A model generated the notes under the pieces. The model worked only from the letters and a program-made list of their open reading frames with translations, searched no databases and was not told the DNA's origin. From NCBI GenBank assembly GCA_964016885.1, contig OZ024763.1:1-64000 (forward strand): a DNA stretch of 64,000 nt, in the 5' to 3' direction. Below, one piece after another: positions 11,461 through 24,280 of the stretch. A program made the position numbers and the translations under genes. Within the stretch, counting starts at the first letter, position 1, and every line of letters begins with the position of its first letter. This stretch comes from Eledone cirrhosa. Lineage: Eukaryota.

Positions 11461-13504
11461 AGCTCTCACAACCTCTGCCTAGGTCTTTCTCGGTGCTGAA
11501 TGAATTGGTGGTGGTGGTGCTGTTGATGATGATGATGATGCTGATGATGATAGTGATGATGGTGGTAATGCTGGTGATGATGATGGTGATGGTGATGGTG
11601 ATGATGGTGATGATGGTGGTAATGATGGTGATGGTGATGATGATGGTGATGATGATGGTGATGATGGTGGTAATGATGGTGATGGTGATTGTGATGATGA
11701 TGGTGATGGTAATGATGGTGATGATGGTGGTAATGATGATAGTGATGATGGTGGTAATGATGATGGTGATGATGGTGGTGATGGATGTTGAAGAGGGCTA
11801 TGGCATTGATGATGGTGATGACTGTGATGATAGAAACAGTAGTAATAATAGTGATGGTGACTGATAGTGATGATGATAGAGAGGGTTATGATGATGATGA
11901 TGATGGAGAGGGTTATGATAGAGAGGTTTATGATGTTGGTGATGATGATAATGATAGTAATGGAGATGATGATGATGATGATGGTATTAACAGCCAGGGG
12001 TCAGCAATGTTATTCCAGTGATGTGAACATATGGCTGTCTCCTTATCTCATGTTTTCAACATTTGAAAGTCAATGGAAGCAAGGCAGAAGTTGAATTACC
12101 CCCCTTGACATGTCCTCTCTAGTTTCTTGCTGAAACTACAAGGATTAAACATGGCCGTTGTGGTGGTGGTGGTGAGGGTGGTTATGGTGGCGGTAGTGGT
12201 TGTAAAGGTGGTGGTGGTGGTTGTGAGTGTGGTGGTGGCGGTAGTGGTTGTGAGGGTGGTGATTATGGTGGTGGTGGTCGCCGTTGTGATGGTGGTGGTA
12301 GTGGTGATTATGGTGGTGGTGGTGGTTGTGGTGGCAGTAGTTGTGAGGGTGATGATGGTAGTTATGGTGATTGTGGTTGTGAGGGTGGTGGATGTGGTGG
12401 TGGTGGCAGTGGTTGTGGTAGTTGTGGTGGTGGTTGTGAGGGTGATGATGGTGGTGGTGGTGGTGGTGGTGGATGTGGTGGTTGTGAGGGTGATGATGGT
12501 AGTTAGGGTGATTGTGGTTGTGAGGATGGTGATTGTGGTGGTGGTGGTTGTGGTGGCAGTGGTTATGGTAGTTGTGGTTGTGAGGGTGATGATGGTGGTG
12601 GTTGTGGGGGTGGTGGCGGATTTCATTAACAAACTTCAATCGAAATCACTTCAAATAGAAAATTAACAAATTTAATTCTGTCACTGTGTATTTCTCTATA
12701 GTGTGGTGGTAGTGGGAGAGAGCGGGGGAAGGGAGAGAGAGTGTGAGAGAGGGGTGAGTGAGAGAGAGAGAGATGGTGAGGGAGAAAGGGAGAGAGAGTG
12801 AGAGAGGGGGGAGAGAGAGATGGTGATGGAGAAAGGGAGAGTGGGTGTGAGAAAGAGAGGGAGAAAGCGAGGGAGTGAAAGGGTGAGAAATATATATAGA
12901 AAGGGGAGGGGAGAGAGAGTGTGAGAGAGGGGTGAGTGAGAGAGAGAGAGAGAGATGGTGGGGGAGAAAGGGCGAGAGAGTGGGTGTGAGAAAGAGAGGG
13001 AGAAAGTGAGGGAGTGAAAGGGTGAGATATATATATATATATATAGAAAGGGGAGAGGAGAGAGTGTGAGAGAGAGAAAGAAAGGTGGGGAGAAAGAGAG
13101 AGGGAGAGAGAGTGGGTGTGAGAAAGAGAGGGAGTGAAAGAGTGAGAAATATATATATATATAGAGAGAGAGAGATGGGTGAGAGAAAAAGGAAGGCCTG
13201 AAGAGAGAGAATGACAGAAGGAGGGAGAGAGAAAGAGAGAATAAAAGAAAGAGAGAGAAAGGAGGAGAGAAAGAAAAAGCAAGAGGGAGACAGAGAGAGA
13301 GAATGAAAGAAGGAGGGGGAGAGAAAGAGAGAGAAAGGAGGAGAGAGAAAGAAAAAGCAAGAGAGAGAGAGAGAATGAAAGAAGGAGGGAGAGAGAAAGA
13401 AAGGGTGAGAGAGAGAGATGACATTGAAAAAACTACAACAGCAACAACAATAAGAAGAATAAAACATTTTCTGGTTTGATATTAGTTTCACCACCACCCC
13501 ACCC

Positions 13505-14102
13505 TCTGCAGAATGGTAGGATCGATAGAGCATAGAGTTACGTCCCTTTACGTTCTGAGTTCAAAATCTGTTGAGGTCAACCTTTGCCTTTCATCCTTAT
13601 CGAGTCGATAAAATAAAGTACCAGTAATACACTGGAGTGATTGCTGGCCTTGTGCCAAAAGTAGAAGCAATTATTATTTTTATTATTTTTATTATTTTTA
13701 TTATTTTTATTATTGGCGACTCACAGGGCCAACACCAAGAGCAGTGGTTTGGCTGTATCGGGAGAGCGTCAGCGACTATACTTTGCAGCATAGAGTTATG
13801 GCCCTTTACATTCTGTGTCCAAATCCCGCCGAGGTTAACTTTGCCTTTCATCCTTACGGGGGTCAATAAAATAAAGTACCAGTAATTCACTGGGCTCAAT
13901 TTAATCGACTTTCCCCCTCGCCCCTAAAATTGCTGGCCTTGTGCCTGAATAAGAAACCATCATTATTATTATTCCTGTATGATCTGAGTTCAAATCCCGT
14001 CGAGGTTAACTTTGCCTTTCATCCTTACGGGGTCGATAAAATAAAATACCAGTAATGTACTGGGGTAATTGCTGGCCTTGTGCCTAAAGTAGAAACAATT
14101 AT
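13505..14102 (+). mobile_element. cluster of three Nin-type SINE copies
   Basis: B box, Nin-like domain and tail at about 13505-13672, 13740-13960 (longer variant with an extra ~30 nt before the tail) and 13975-14102. Confidence 0.8.
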
Positions 14103-14508
14103 TATTATTATCATTATTCCCAGCATTTTGTTGAAAGATGGGTGAGAGAGGCAAGAATGGCCCGAGTGAATGGGCCTTCTCTGAGTATGTGTCTGTAAAT
14201 TAAAGGTGGAAAACTGGGAGAGGGCACTTGCCCTGGTGGTCAGGGTCACTGTGGTCTTTTAATGAGCTTTCTCCACAAATGTCCCTCGGAAGTCCCCCCC
14301 CCCCCTATTGGGGAATTTTTCTTTGTTATTTTATTACATCCTCTGTTTTTTGTTTTTTTACACGCAGAAATGCCCATTTGTACCGTCCAGTATTGTCCTG
14401 TACTGTCGTTAATGTCTACTTTATGTAAACCCTTGTGGTTAATAAAGAAAGAATTATTATTATTATTATATAATAAATAAATAAATAAATAATGAATAAA
14501 TAAAGAAA

Positions 14509-14545
<37 letters not shown>

Positions 14546-15175
14546 CATTGGTGTTGATATTGTTATTATTTTTATTAGCTCATCAATTTTATGAGATGCC
14601 AACTTTCCTAACCGCCATGTTAGGAGATAAATATATTCCAGAAATCAACTGACTGAAACCTGGTACTGTATTGTGACCCTATAAACAGCCTATAAACATC
14701 TCTCTCTCTCTTCCCCTCTCTTCATCTCTCTCTCTTCCCCTCTCTTCATCTCTCTCTCTTCCCCTCTCTTCATCTCTCTCTCTTCCCCTCTCTTCCCCTC
14801 TCTTCATCTCTCACTCTCTCTCTTCATCTCTCACTCTCTCTTCATCTCTCTTCATCTCTCTCTCTCTCTCTTCATCACTCACTCTCTCTTAATCTCTCTC
14901 TCTCTTCATCTCTCACTCTCTCTTCATCTCTCTCTCTCTCTCTCTCTCTTCATCTCTCACCCTCTCTTCATCTCTCTCTCTCTCTTCATCTCTCACTCTC
15001 CCTCTCTCTCTCTCTCTTCATCTCTCACTCTCTCTCTCTCTCTTCATCTCTCACTCTCTCTCTCTCTTCATCTCTCACTCTCTCTTCATATCTCTCTCTC
15101 TCTCTCTCTCTCTCTCTTCATCTCTCACTCTCTCCTCTCTCTTGCTTTATATATATATTTCATTATCATCATTAT

Positions 15176-15258
<83 letters not shown>

Positions 15259-15369
15259 GTGTGTGTGTATGTACATGTTTATGTATACATTATATATATT
15301 TATGTACATGTATATATATATATACATATACATATATATATACATATACATATATATATCTATATATAC

Positions 15370-15415
<46 letters not shown>

Positions 15416-15499
15416 TTGCTGTTTCTATTCACACAATAAACTCTGATGTGATACAAATGTAAAACCAGAAAAACTGAAAACGACAAACTTTATACTTAG

Positions 15500-15529
15500 T
15501 CACGTTTTCAACTATAAATGGAGGTATGG

Positions 15530-15591
<62 letters not shown>

Positions 15592-16188
15592 CTATGTATT
15601 TATATACATGTGTGTGTCTGTCTTTTCAACTATATAAGTGTAGATATATGCATATATGTGTGTATATATATATATATATGTATGTATATGTGTATATATA
15701 TACGTATGTGTGTTTCTGTACGTTTTCAACCAAATAAATGGAAGAGTAGATGTATATATGTGTGTATGTATGTGTATGTGTGTGTGTATATATATATATG
15801 TGTGTGTGTGTGTGTATATATGTGTGTCTGTATGTATTTATATACATGTGTGTGTCTGTCTTTTCAACTATATAAGTGTAGATATATGCATATATGTGTG
15901 TATATATATGCGTGTGTGTCTATATACGCATATATATGTGTGTGCTCATGTATGTGTACATATATGTGCATGTGTGTGTGTATATATGTGCATGAATGTG
16001 TGTATATATGTGTGTGTGTATGTTTTCAACCATGTAAATGGAAGTGTCAATGTATATATATATATGTGTCTGTGTATATATATGTATATGTGTGTATAAA
16101 TGTGTGTATATATATATATATATGTGTGTGTTTCTGTACGTTTTCAACCAAATAAATGGAAGAGTAGATGTATATATGTGTATGTGTA

Positions 16189-16261
<73 letters not shown>

Positions 16262-16492
16262 CTGTCCTTGCAACTATATAAGTGTAGATATATGCATATG
16301 TGTGTATATATATGCGTGTGTGTCTATATACGCATATATATGTGTGTGTCCATGTATGTGTACATATATGTGCATGTGTATGTGTATATATGTGCATGTA
16401 TGTGTGTATATATGTGTGTGTGTATGTTTTCAACCATGTCAATGGAAGTGTCAATGTATATATATATATGTGTGTGTGTATATATATATATA

Positions 16493-16523
<31 letters not shown>

Positions 16524-16532
16524 GTGTATGTA

Positions 16533-16567
<35 letters not shown>

Positions 16568-16639
16568 GTGTGTATGTATGTGTATGTGTGTATATATATA
16601 ATTATATGTTTGTTTTCAACCATATAAATGGATATGTGG

Positions 16640-16679
<40 letters not shown>

Positions 16680-16703
16680 TTATATATACACAGCCACATA
16701 TCC

Positions 16704-16736
<33 letters not shown>

Positions 16737-16787
16737 TGTGTATATTTGTGTATGGGTGTACATTTTCAACCCTATAAATGGAAGTGT

Positions 16788-16851
<64 letters not shown>

Positions 16852-16960
16852 ATTTATGTGTACATATATGTATGTATGTGTATGTGTATCTATGTATGTG
16901 TGTACATATGTGTATGTGTATATATGTTTGCAACCATATAAATGGATGAGTGTGTATATA
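15500..16960. repeat. compound minisatellite with microsatellite spacers
   Basis: About 11 cores TTTTCAAC(C/T)A..TAA(A/G)TG.. in three recurring variants, separated by (TA)n/(TG)n. Confidence 0.7.
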
Positions 16961-17018
16961 TAATTGTGTGTACATATATATATAATTGTGTGTATATATA
17001 TATATATGTATGTGTATC

Positions 17019-17064
<46 letters not shown>

Positions 17065-17142
17065 TGTATCTATATATGTATGTATATGTATGTGTATCTA
17101 TGTATGTGTGTATATATATATGTATGTATGTATGTGTATCTA

Positions 17143-17188
<46 letters not shown>

Positions 17189-17553
17189 TGTATATATATG
17201 TATATGTATATGTATGTATGTATGTGTAAATGTGTCATTATTAAGATTCTGTTTGATATTTGCTTTACATTTGATCTACAACTGACTTTACATTGCATTA
17301 GTTGTAACCTGACTATAAATACACCACATCCTTCACACTGCATACACACACACACATACACACACATCATACACACATGCACACACACACACATACACAC
17401 ACACACACATACACACACATACACACATCATACACACATGCACACATCATACACACATCCACACATCATACACACATACTCACAAACACACAACTGAGAT
17501 TGACGCTGATAATATCTAATATACATACATACATATATATATATATTTGCATG

Positions 17554-17604
<51 letters not shown>

Positions 17605-17620
17605 GTTTGCATACGTGCGT

Positions 17621-17687
<67 letters not shown>

Positions 17688-17691
17688 TACA

Positions 17692-17727
<36 letters not shown>

Positions 17728-17965
17728 CATACATGCATATATATATATATATATATGTATGCATACATGCATATATATATATATATATATATGTATGCAT
17801 ACATGCATACATATATATCATATACATGCATACTTATATATTCATATACATATTTACATATATATATATACACACATATTCAAATACATGTATATACAAC
17901 CTACTGTACATACAAATATATTGTGTTTGAGATACACCAATGTATTATATATACATATATACACT

Positions 17966-18001
<36 letters not shown>

Positions 18002-18245
18002 AAGTATATGTGTGTATATATATATATACATATATATACATATATATATACATATATATATACATATATATATATATACATATATATACATATATATATA
18101 TACATATATATACATATATATACATATATATATATACATATATATATATACATATATATATATACATATATATATACATATATATACATATATATATATA
18201 CATATATATATATACATATATATATACATATATATACATATATAC

Positions 18246-18276
<31 letters not shown>

Positions 18277-18277
18277 C

Positions 18278-18364
<87 letters not shown>

Positions 18365-18430
18365 CATATATACATATACATATATATATCCACATATATA
18401 TATATACATATATATATATACATATATATA

Positions 18431-19343
18431 GAGAGTAAATCTAGCTAAGACAAAAGTGTTGATGAGTAGAAAAGAGGACAAAACCCTGATTCCGTCAGGG
18501 AAATGGCCATGTTCGATATGCAGAAAAGGAACTGGCATAAATTCTATAAAATGCACACAATGTAGGTCCTGGGTACACAAGAGATGTAGCGGGATAGCAG
18601 GCAAACTAACAAGTAGGGAGAAATATGTATGCAGTAGATGTACAGGGAAATTAGACAGTAGAAGTTGCACTGATAGACACATTTTTCAAATGCGAGAGGG
18701 CGCTATTGAAGTGGTGGATAGCTTCCGGTACCTAGGAGATCAGATTAGCATGGGAGGAGGGTGTTCCGAAGCCATAGTATCTAGAATAAGGACGGGTTGG
18801 AAGAAGTTTAGGGAGCTGCTTCCTCTGTTGACGAAGAAGGGTTTCTCCCTGCGTACGAAAGGCCGGTTGTATGATGCCTGTGTGAGGAGCGCGATGCTGC
18901 ATGGTAGTGAGACATGGGCAGCTACCGCAGAAGATATGCGACGGCTGGAGAGAAATGAGGCAAGCATGCTCCGTTGGATGTGCAGTGTAAATGTGCGTGA
19001 ACGACCCAGCATAAATGTGTTGAGAGAGAAACTGTGTCTGAGAGGGATAGAATGTAGTGTACGGGAGAGGAGACTGAGGTGGTATGGACATGTGATGCGC
19101 ATGGAGGATGACCGATGGGTGAAGAAGTGCCAGGAAATGCCAGTTGAAGGAAGATGTGGTAGAGGTAGACCACGAAAAACATGGGCGGAGGTGGTGAGAA
19201 CAGACCTCAGATCATTGAAGCTCACGGTGGAGATGACGAGGGACCGTGACGAGTGGAGAGATGCTGTGCTGAATAAGACCCGTCCCACCCTTGCAAGCAG
19301 GGAAAAGCGGACGTAAAATGATGATGATGATGATGATGATGAT
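18431..19343 (+). mobile_element. 5'-truncated RTE-clade LINE, family A, open frame with PHD finger
   Basis: Open frame 18432-19316: [13 protein letters not shown]-x10-CTQC-x4-HKRC-x14-CSRC, FRYLG, ERRLRWYGHVMR, GRPRKTW; (GAT)n tail. Confidence 0.95.
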
Positions 19344-19381
19344 ATACATATATATATATACACATATATATACATATACAC

Positions 19382-19438
<57 letters not shown>

Positions 19439-19774
19439 CATATATACATATATCTTCCGAAGAGATTGTTTTGGTAAAAACAGGAGTAAGCAGGAGAAAG
19501 CTCTCAACATTAGTTATTCAGTATAAGAATCTAAACTATAACAAAGGAAGGTTTGCGGGATTGCGTACGATTTATTTTTTTTTATCCCGTTTGTAAAATA
19601 AGTTGGATTACTTTGAATAAATAATAAATAAATTTTACATAATTTATCTACTAAATTTCGTGGCTGTTCATTAAATATATTTTGTTTATTTAAAGATTCA
19701 CTTCTTTCAAATTTCTGAAATGTCAACATTTCCGGTCGGCCATCGCTTAAATAAACATACTAATTTTCTGTCAT

Positions 19775-20155
19775 TTGGCAGTATTGGGAGAGTGTCGGAC
19801 GCCATGCTTTGACGTATAGAGTTACGGCCCTTGCCATTCTGAGTTCAAATCCCGCCGAGGTTAACTTTGCCTTTCATCCTTACGGGGTCGATAAAATAAA
19901 GTACCAGTAATGCACTGGGTAATTGCTGGCCTTGTGCCTAACGTAGAAACAATTAATTTTCTAATACAGTGGATTGGCAGTATCGATAGAGGGTCGGACG
20001 CCATGCTTTGTCGCATAGAGTTACGGCCCTTGCCATTCTGAGTTCAAATCCTGCCGAGGTTAACTTTGCCTTTCATCCTTACGGGGTCGATAAAATAAAG
20101 TACCAGTAATGCACTTGGTAATTGCTGGCCTTGTGCCAAAAGTAGAAACAATTAA
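19775..20155 (+). mobile_element. two tandem Nin-type SINEs
   Basis: Two copies, each followed by the same flank AATTTTCTAATACAGT. Confidence 0.85.
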
Positions 20156-20736
20156 TTTTCTAATACAGTTTATATATAATATCGTCTTTTTTAATGTATC
20201 ATGGATTACGTTACTGATTAAATAAGACTGATTAAATTTGTTCAATTTCTATGTATTATATATTGTTAATTAAGATTTTATTTGATGTATCATATCTACA
20301 TGTATATATACCTGCGTATAATATCAAGATACACACTACACGTGCTAGCAGAAAACCACCCGAAGAGTGGATTTTCTGCTAGTAACATTAAGAAAGATGC
20401 TGATGTTTACATAAATCGTTTGTATGATATATATATATATATATATATAGTAATAATAATAAATGCGAAGACTAAAATCCAAAGAGGGCTCGGTAAGGAT
20501 TAATATATATGAAATATATAAGAACCCTAGAGCAAATGTTTTCCTTCGGTTGCAACGTTTTTCGAAATATTTACTTCTGCGTTCACAGATTGATTTTTTT
20601 TAGTTTCAGAAGATCCCGTTAAGGGTGAAAGTAGCGATTCTTTGCTTAAACTTTAATCTGTTATTTTAATATATATATATATATTAAAATAACAGATTAA
20701 AGTTTAAGCAAAGAATCGCTGCTTTCACCCTTAACA

Positions 20737-21757
20737 GGTACAATAAGTAGCAGCAAGTGACCACAGAATACTAGCTCATTCCATTGCACGGATGGTTCTA
20801 TAGAAATAGTGGACACCTTCCGTTACTTGGGTGACAAAATCAGCAGGGGTGGAGGGTGCTCTGAAAGTACAGTAGCTAGAGTCAGAACTGGATGGAAAAA
20901 GTTCAGAGAGCTTATACCACTATTAGCCGCTAAAGGGTTCTCTCTAAAAATGAAAGGCAGGCTGTATGATGCCTGCATACGAACAGTAATGTTACATGGC
21001 AGTGAGACCTGGGCATTGTGTGCAGAGGATATACGCAGACTGGAGAGGAACGAAGCTTGCATGCTCTGCTGGATGTGTAATAGTAATATACATGAACGGC
21101 AAAGCATAAACGAACTAAGGGAAAAATTAGAAATAAGAGGGATCAGATGTTGTTTACTCGAGAGAAGACTACGTTGGTATGGTCACGTGATGCGCATGAA
21201 AGACGACAGCTGTATAAAAAAGTGCAGGGCTATCAAAATAGACGGTAGCTACGGAGTAGGCAGACCGAGAAAAACCTGGGACGACTTGATAAAATCCGAC
21301 CTCACACACTTACACCTCTCCAAGACAATGTCACTGGACCGAGAGCTTTGGCGCTACACAGTAATAGAGAAGACCCGCCTTACCTAAGTACAAAGTGAAA
21401 CCTACTACAGTAAGTAGGCACCTCTAACAAAATAAACCCCCGTCCCACTACCCCCACCCCATCCACACCACCCCTTTCAACATAAAGTTATGTTGGTACC
21501 ACAACATCCAGGCCGAAACAAATGAGGTCGTGTAGGTGTCACGACAAAAACACACAGTCCACGCTGTAATGTGGCCGTGTAGGTAACACGGTAAAAACCT
21601 CCCAGTTCCACACTGTAAACGTGGTTGGTGTTAGGAAGGGCATCCAGCTGTAGAAAACTATGCGAGCAAGACAACCACTCTTGCCTCAAGTGGGAAAAAT
21701 CCCGTCCAAACCCATGCAAGCGTGGAAGATGGACGTTAAACGATGATGATGATGATA
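20737..21757 (+). mobile_element. 5'-truncated RTE-clade LINE, family B
   Basis: FRYLGDKI...ERRLRWYGHVMR...EKTRLT* plus a ~370-nt 3' UTR and (GAT)n; paralogous to 26323-27376. Confidence 0.95.
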
Positions 21758-21996
21758 TATATATATATATAATTATATATATGTGTATCTACCATGTATC
21801 ATCATCCTATGTATCTACCATGCATCATCATCATCATAGGTCTATGTGTCCCTGCTGATGTGGGTTTCATAGGTTATTAATGACCAGGTGAGTTACTTCA
21901 TTGCAGTTACTGTCATCCGAGCCTGGTTGGCTTTACATCTCATCTCTGAGCCCTGTACACAATAATTCATTATTATTATTTTATTTATTATTTTTA

Positions 21997-22185
21997 GGGC
22001 GGTGAATTGGCAGTATCGGTAGAGGGTTGGACGCCATGCTTTCTAGCATAGTTACGTCCCTTTACAGTCTGAGTTCAAATCCCGCCGAGGTTAACTTTGC
22101 CTTTCATCCTTACGGGGTTGATAAAATAAAGTACCAGTAATGTACTGGGTAATTGCTGGCCTTGTGCCTAAAGTAGAAACAATTA
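21997..22185 (+). mobile_element. Nin-type tRNA SINE
   Basis: Same head, domain and tail as 4344-4533. Confidence 0.85.
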
Positions 22186-22367
22186 TTATTATTTTATTAT
22201 TATCATGGAATAATTATATTGTGTTGTTTATTATGTAATTAAATAGCTCTGTACAATACATAGAGCACTCTTCTTTCCATTACTACGGAAATACTTAACA
22301 CACACACACACATATATATGTAATGTAATATCATCATCGTCATTTAACGTCCATTTTCCACACAAGC

Positions 22368-22402
<35 letters not shown>

Positions 22403-22448
22403 AAATAAAATAAATAAGTCAAATATTTAAAATTTGGCTTCGTTTATT

Positions 22449-22503
22449 AATGCTATATATATTTCCGTGACAGCCATCTTTGGCTGTGACCTCTTCAGGC
22501 AGT
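22449..22503 (-). ncRNA. minimal hammerhead motif (same family as 4874-4929)
   Basis: ACTGC-CTGAAGA-GGTCACAGCCA aaga TGGCTGTCACG-GAAA-TATATA-TA-GCATT. Confidence 0.7.
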
Positions 22504-22579
22504 CCGAATTGGTGTGGTAGAGACGGGTACACATGTTGTAAACAACCAACATATACTCAATATATATATATATATCCAT

Positions 22580-22613
<34 letters not shown>

Positions 22614-22649
22614 CAGTGTGTATAAACTAGCCATTTATCATTTATTGTT

Positions 22650-23140
22650 GTTAATAATAATAATAATAATAATGAAATTATTGTGTAAAGTGCTCAGGTG
22701 CACTACAACTCGTCAATATAGTACATAGAATAATACACAAATGTCAGGGAAGTACATGTGTGTATGTGTTAGCTGTAGTGTTGGCGGATCTCGGGAAGCA
22801 TGGAGGCCTTAAAGGATGCAGTGTCTCGACAGCTAACAACTGATGCAGGTAGTTTGTTCCATGGAGGCCTTAAAGGATGCAGTGTCTCGACAGCTAACAA
22901 CTGATGAAGGTAGTTTGTTCCATGGAGGCCTTAAAGGATGCAGTGTCTCGACAGCTAACAACTGATGCAGGTAGTTTGTTCCATGGAGGCCTTAAAGGAT
23001 GCAGTGTCTCGACAGCTAACAACTGATGCAGGTAGTTTGTTCCATGGAGGTTTTAAAGGATGCAGTGTCTCGACAGCTAACAACTGATGTAGGTAGTTTG
23101 TTCCATGCTTCAGCAACTCTGAGCGTGAAAAAATGTTGAG
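22650..23140 (-). mobile_element. CR1/L2-type LINE 3' end with a 61-bp internal tandem expansion (5 copies, 22799-23103)
   Basis: Minus strand reads FFTLRVAEAWNKLP.SVVSCRDTASFK, the typical CR1/L2 C-terminal WN.LP..VV...SFK motif; short 3' UTR and (ATT)n tail. Confidence 0.8.
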
Positions 23141-23269
23141 TTGATCTGTAATAGAATGTAATATTGTTGTTTCAAAATGATTGCTATATATCATCATCAT
23201 CATCATCATCGTTTAACGTCTATCTTCCATGCTAGCATCGGTTTAGAGAGAGAGAGAAAGATACACACG

Positions 23270-23304
23270 GCTATATATAGAGAGAGATTTAGTTAAACAC
23301 ACGG

Positions 23305-23344
<40 letters not shown>

Positions 23345-23430
23345 ATGATATTAATAAATGGAAACTATATTTATAAAACCATATTTATTTTATTATATAT
23401 ATTTCAAGGGTACCAAATATACTCTTTGTT

Positions 23431-23463
<33 letters not shown>

Positions 23464-24280
23464 TTAGTTAAACACATTGCTATATATATATATAGACAGA
23501 GTTAAACATACTGCTATATATATATATATAGTTAAACACACTGCTATATATATATATGGAGGCACATGGCTTAGTGGTTAGAGCATTGGCCTTGCAATCA
23601 AAAGGTTGTGAATTCAATTCTCAGACCGGGTGATGTGTTATTTCCTTGAGCAAGACACTTTATTTCACATTGGTCCAGTTTACTCAGCTGTAGAAATGAG
23701 ATGATAGGACTGGGGTCCCTATCATTCCACTGCAAAGTGGTCGTGGAGGTACCACGGCAAAAGAGCACCCAGCCCACACTGTAAAAGTGGACATGTAGGT
23801 GCCACGGTAAAAAAACACCCAGCACTCACTGTAAATGAGGTTGGTGTTAGGAAGGGCATCCAGCTGTAGAAATCAAACCAGAATCAGTTCCCATATGAGC
23901 AAGACAAGGTAAGCCGACCGGTCACTGCTCACCACAGGACAACCCGTCTAACCCATGCTAGCGTGGAAGAACAGATGTAAAATGGTGATGATGATGATAT
24001 ATATATGTATATAGTTAAACACACTGCTATATAAATATATAGATTGAGCTAAACACATTGCTATATATATATAGTTAAACACACTGCTATATATGTATAT
24101 ATATATATATATAAATATATAGATTGAGCTAAACACATTGCTATATATATATAGTTAAACACACTGCTATATATGTATATATATATATATATATAAATAT
24201 ATAGATTGAGCTAAACACATTGCTATATATATATAGTTAAACACACTGCTATATATGTATATATAAATATATAAATATAC
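23270..24280. repeat. TA-rich minisatellite (GTTAAACACACTGCTA / GATTGAGCTAAACACATTGCTA), continuing at 27375-27620
   Basis: The same units flank both sides of the large RTE insertion. Confidence 0.8.
23558..23998 (+). mobile_element. tRNA-derived CORE-type SINE with RTE family B-like tail
   Basis: Same head and core as 1141-1489 but an extra internal unit and tail ATGAGCAAGAC...CCCGTCTAACCCATGCTAGCGTGGAAG...(GAT)n. Confidence 0.9.

Noticed and set aside
20344-20383. Strong 40-nt hairpin (another at 10097-10129) as terminator or miRNA
   Set aside because: Too short for a pre-miRNA, bacterial terminators are irrelevant here, and both lie among repeat remnants.
23558-23630. tRNA genes at SINE heads (also 1418-1489, 51890-51960, 61125-61195)
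   Set aside because: A and B boxes are present but acceptor and anticodon stems are poor and each continues into a SINE body.
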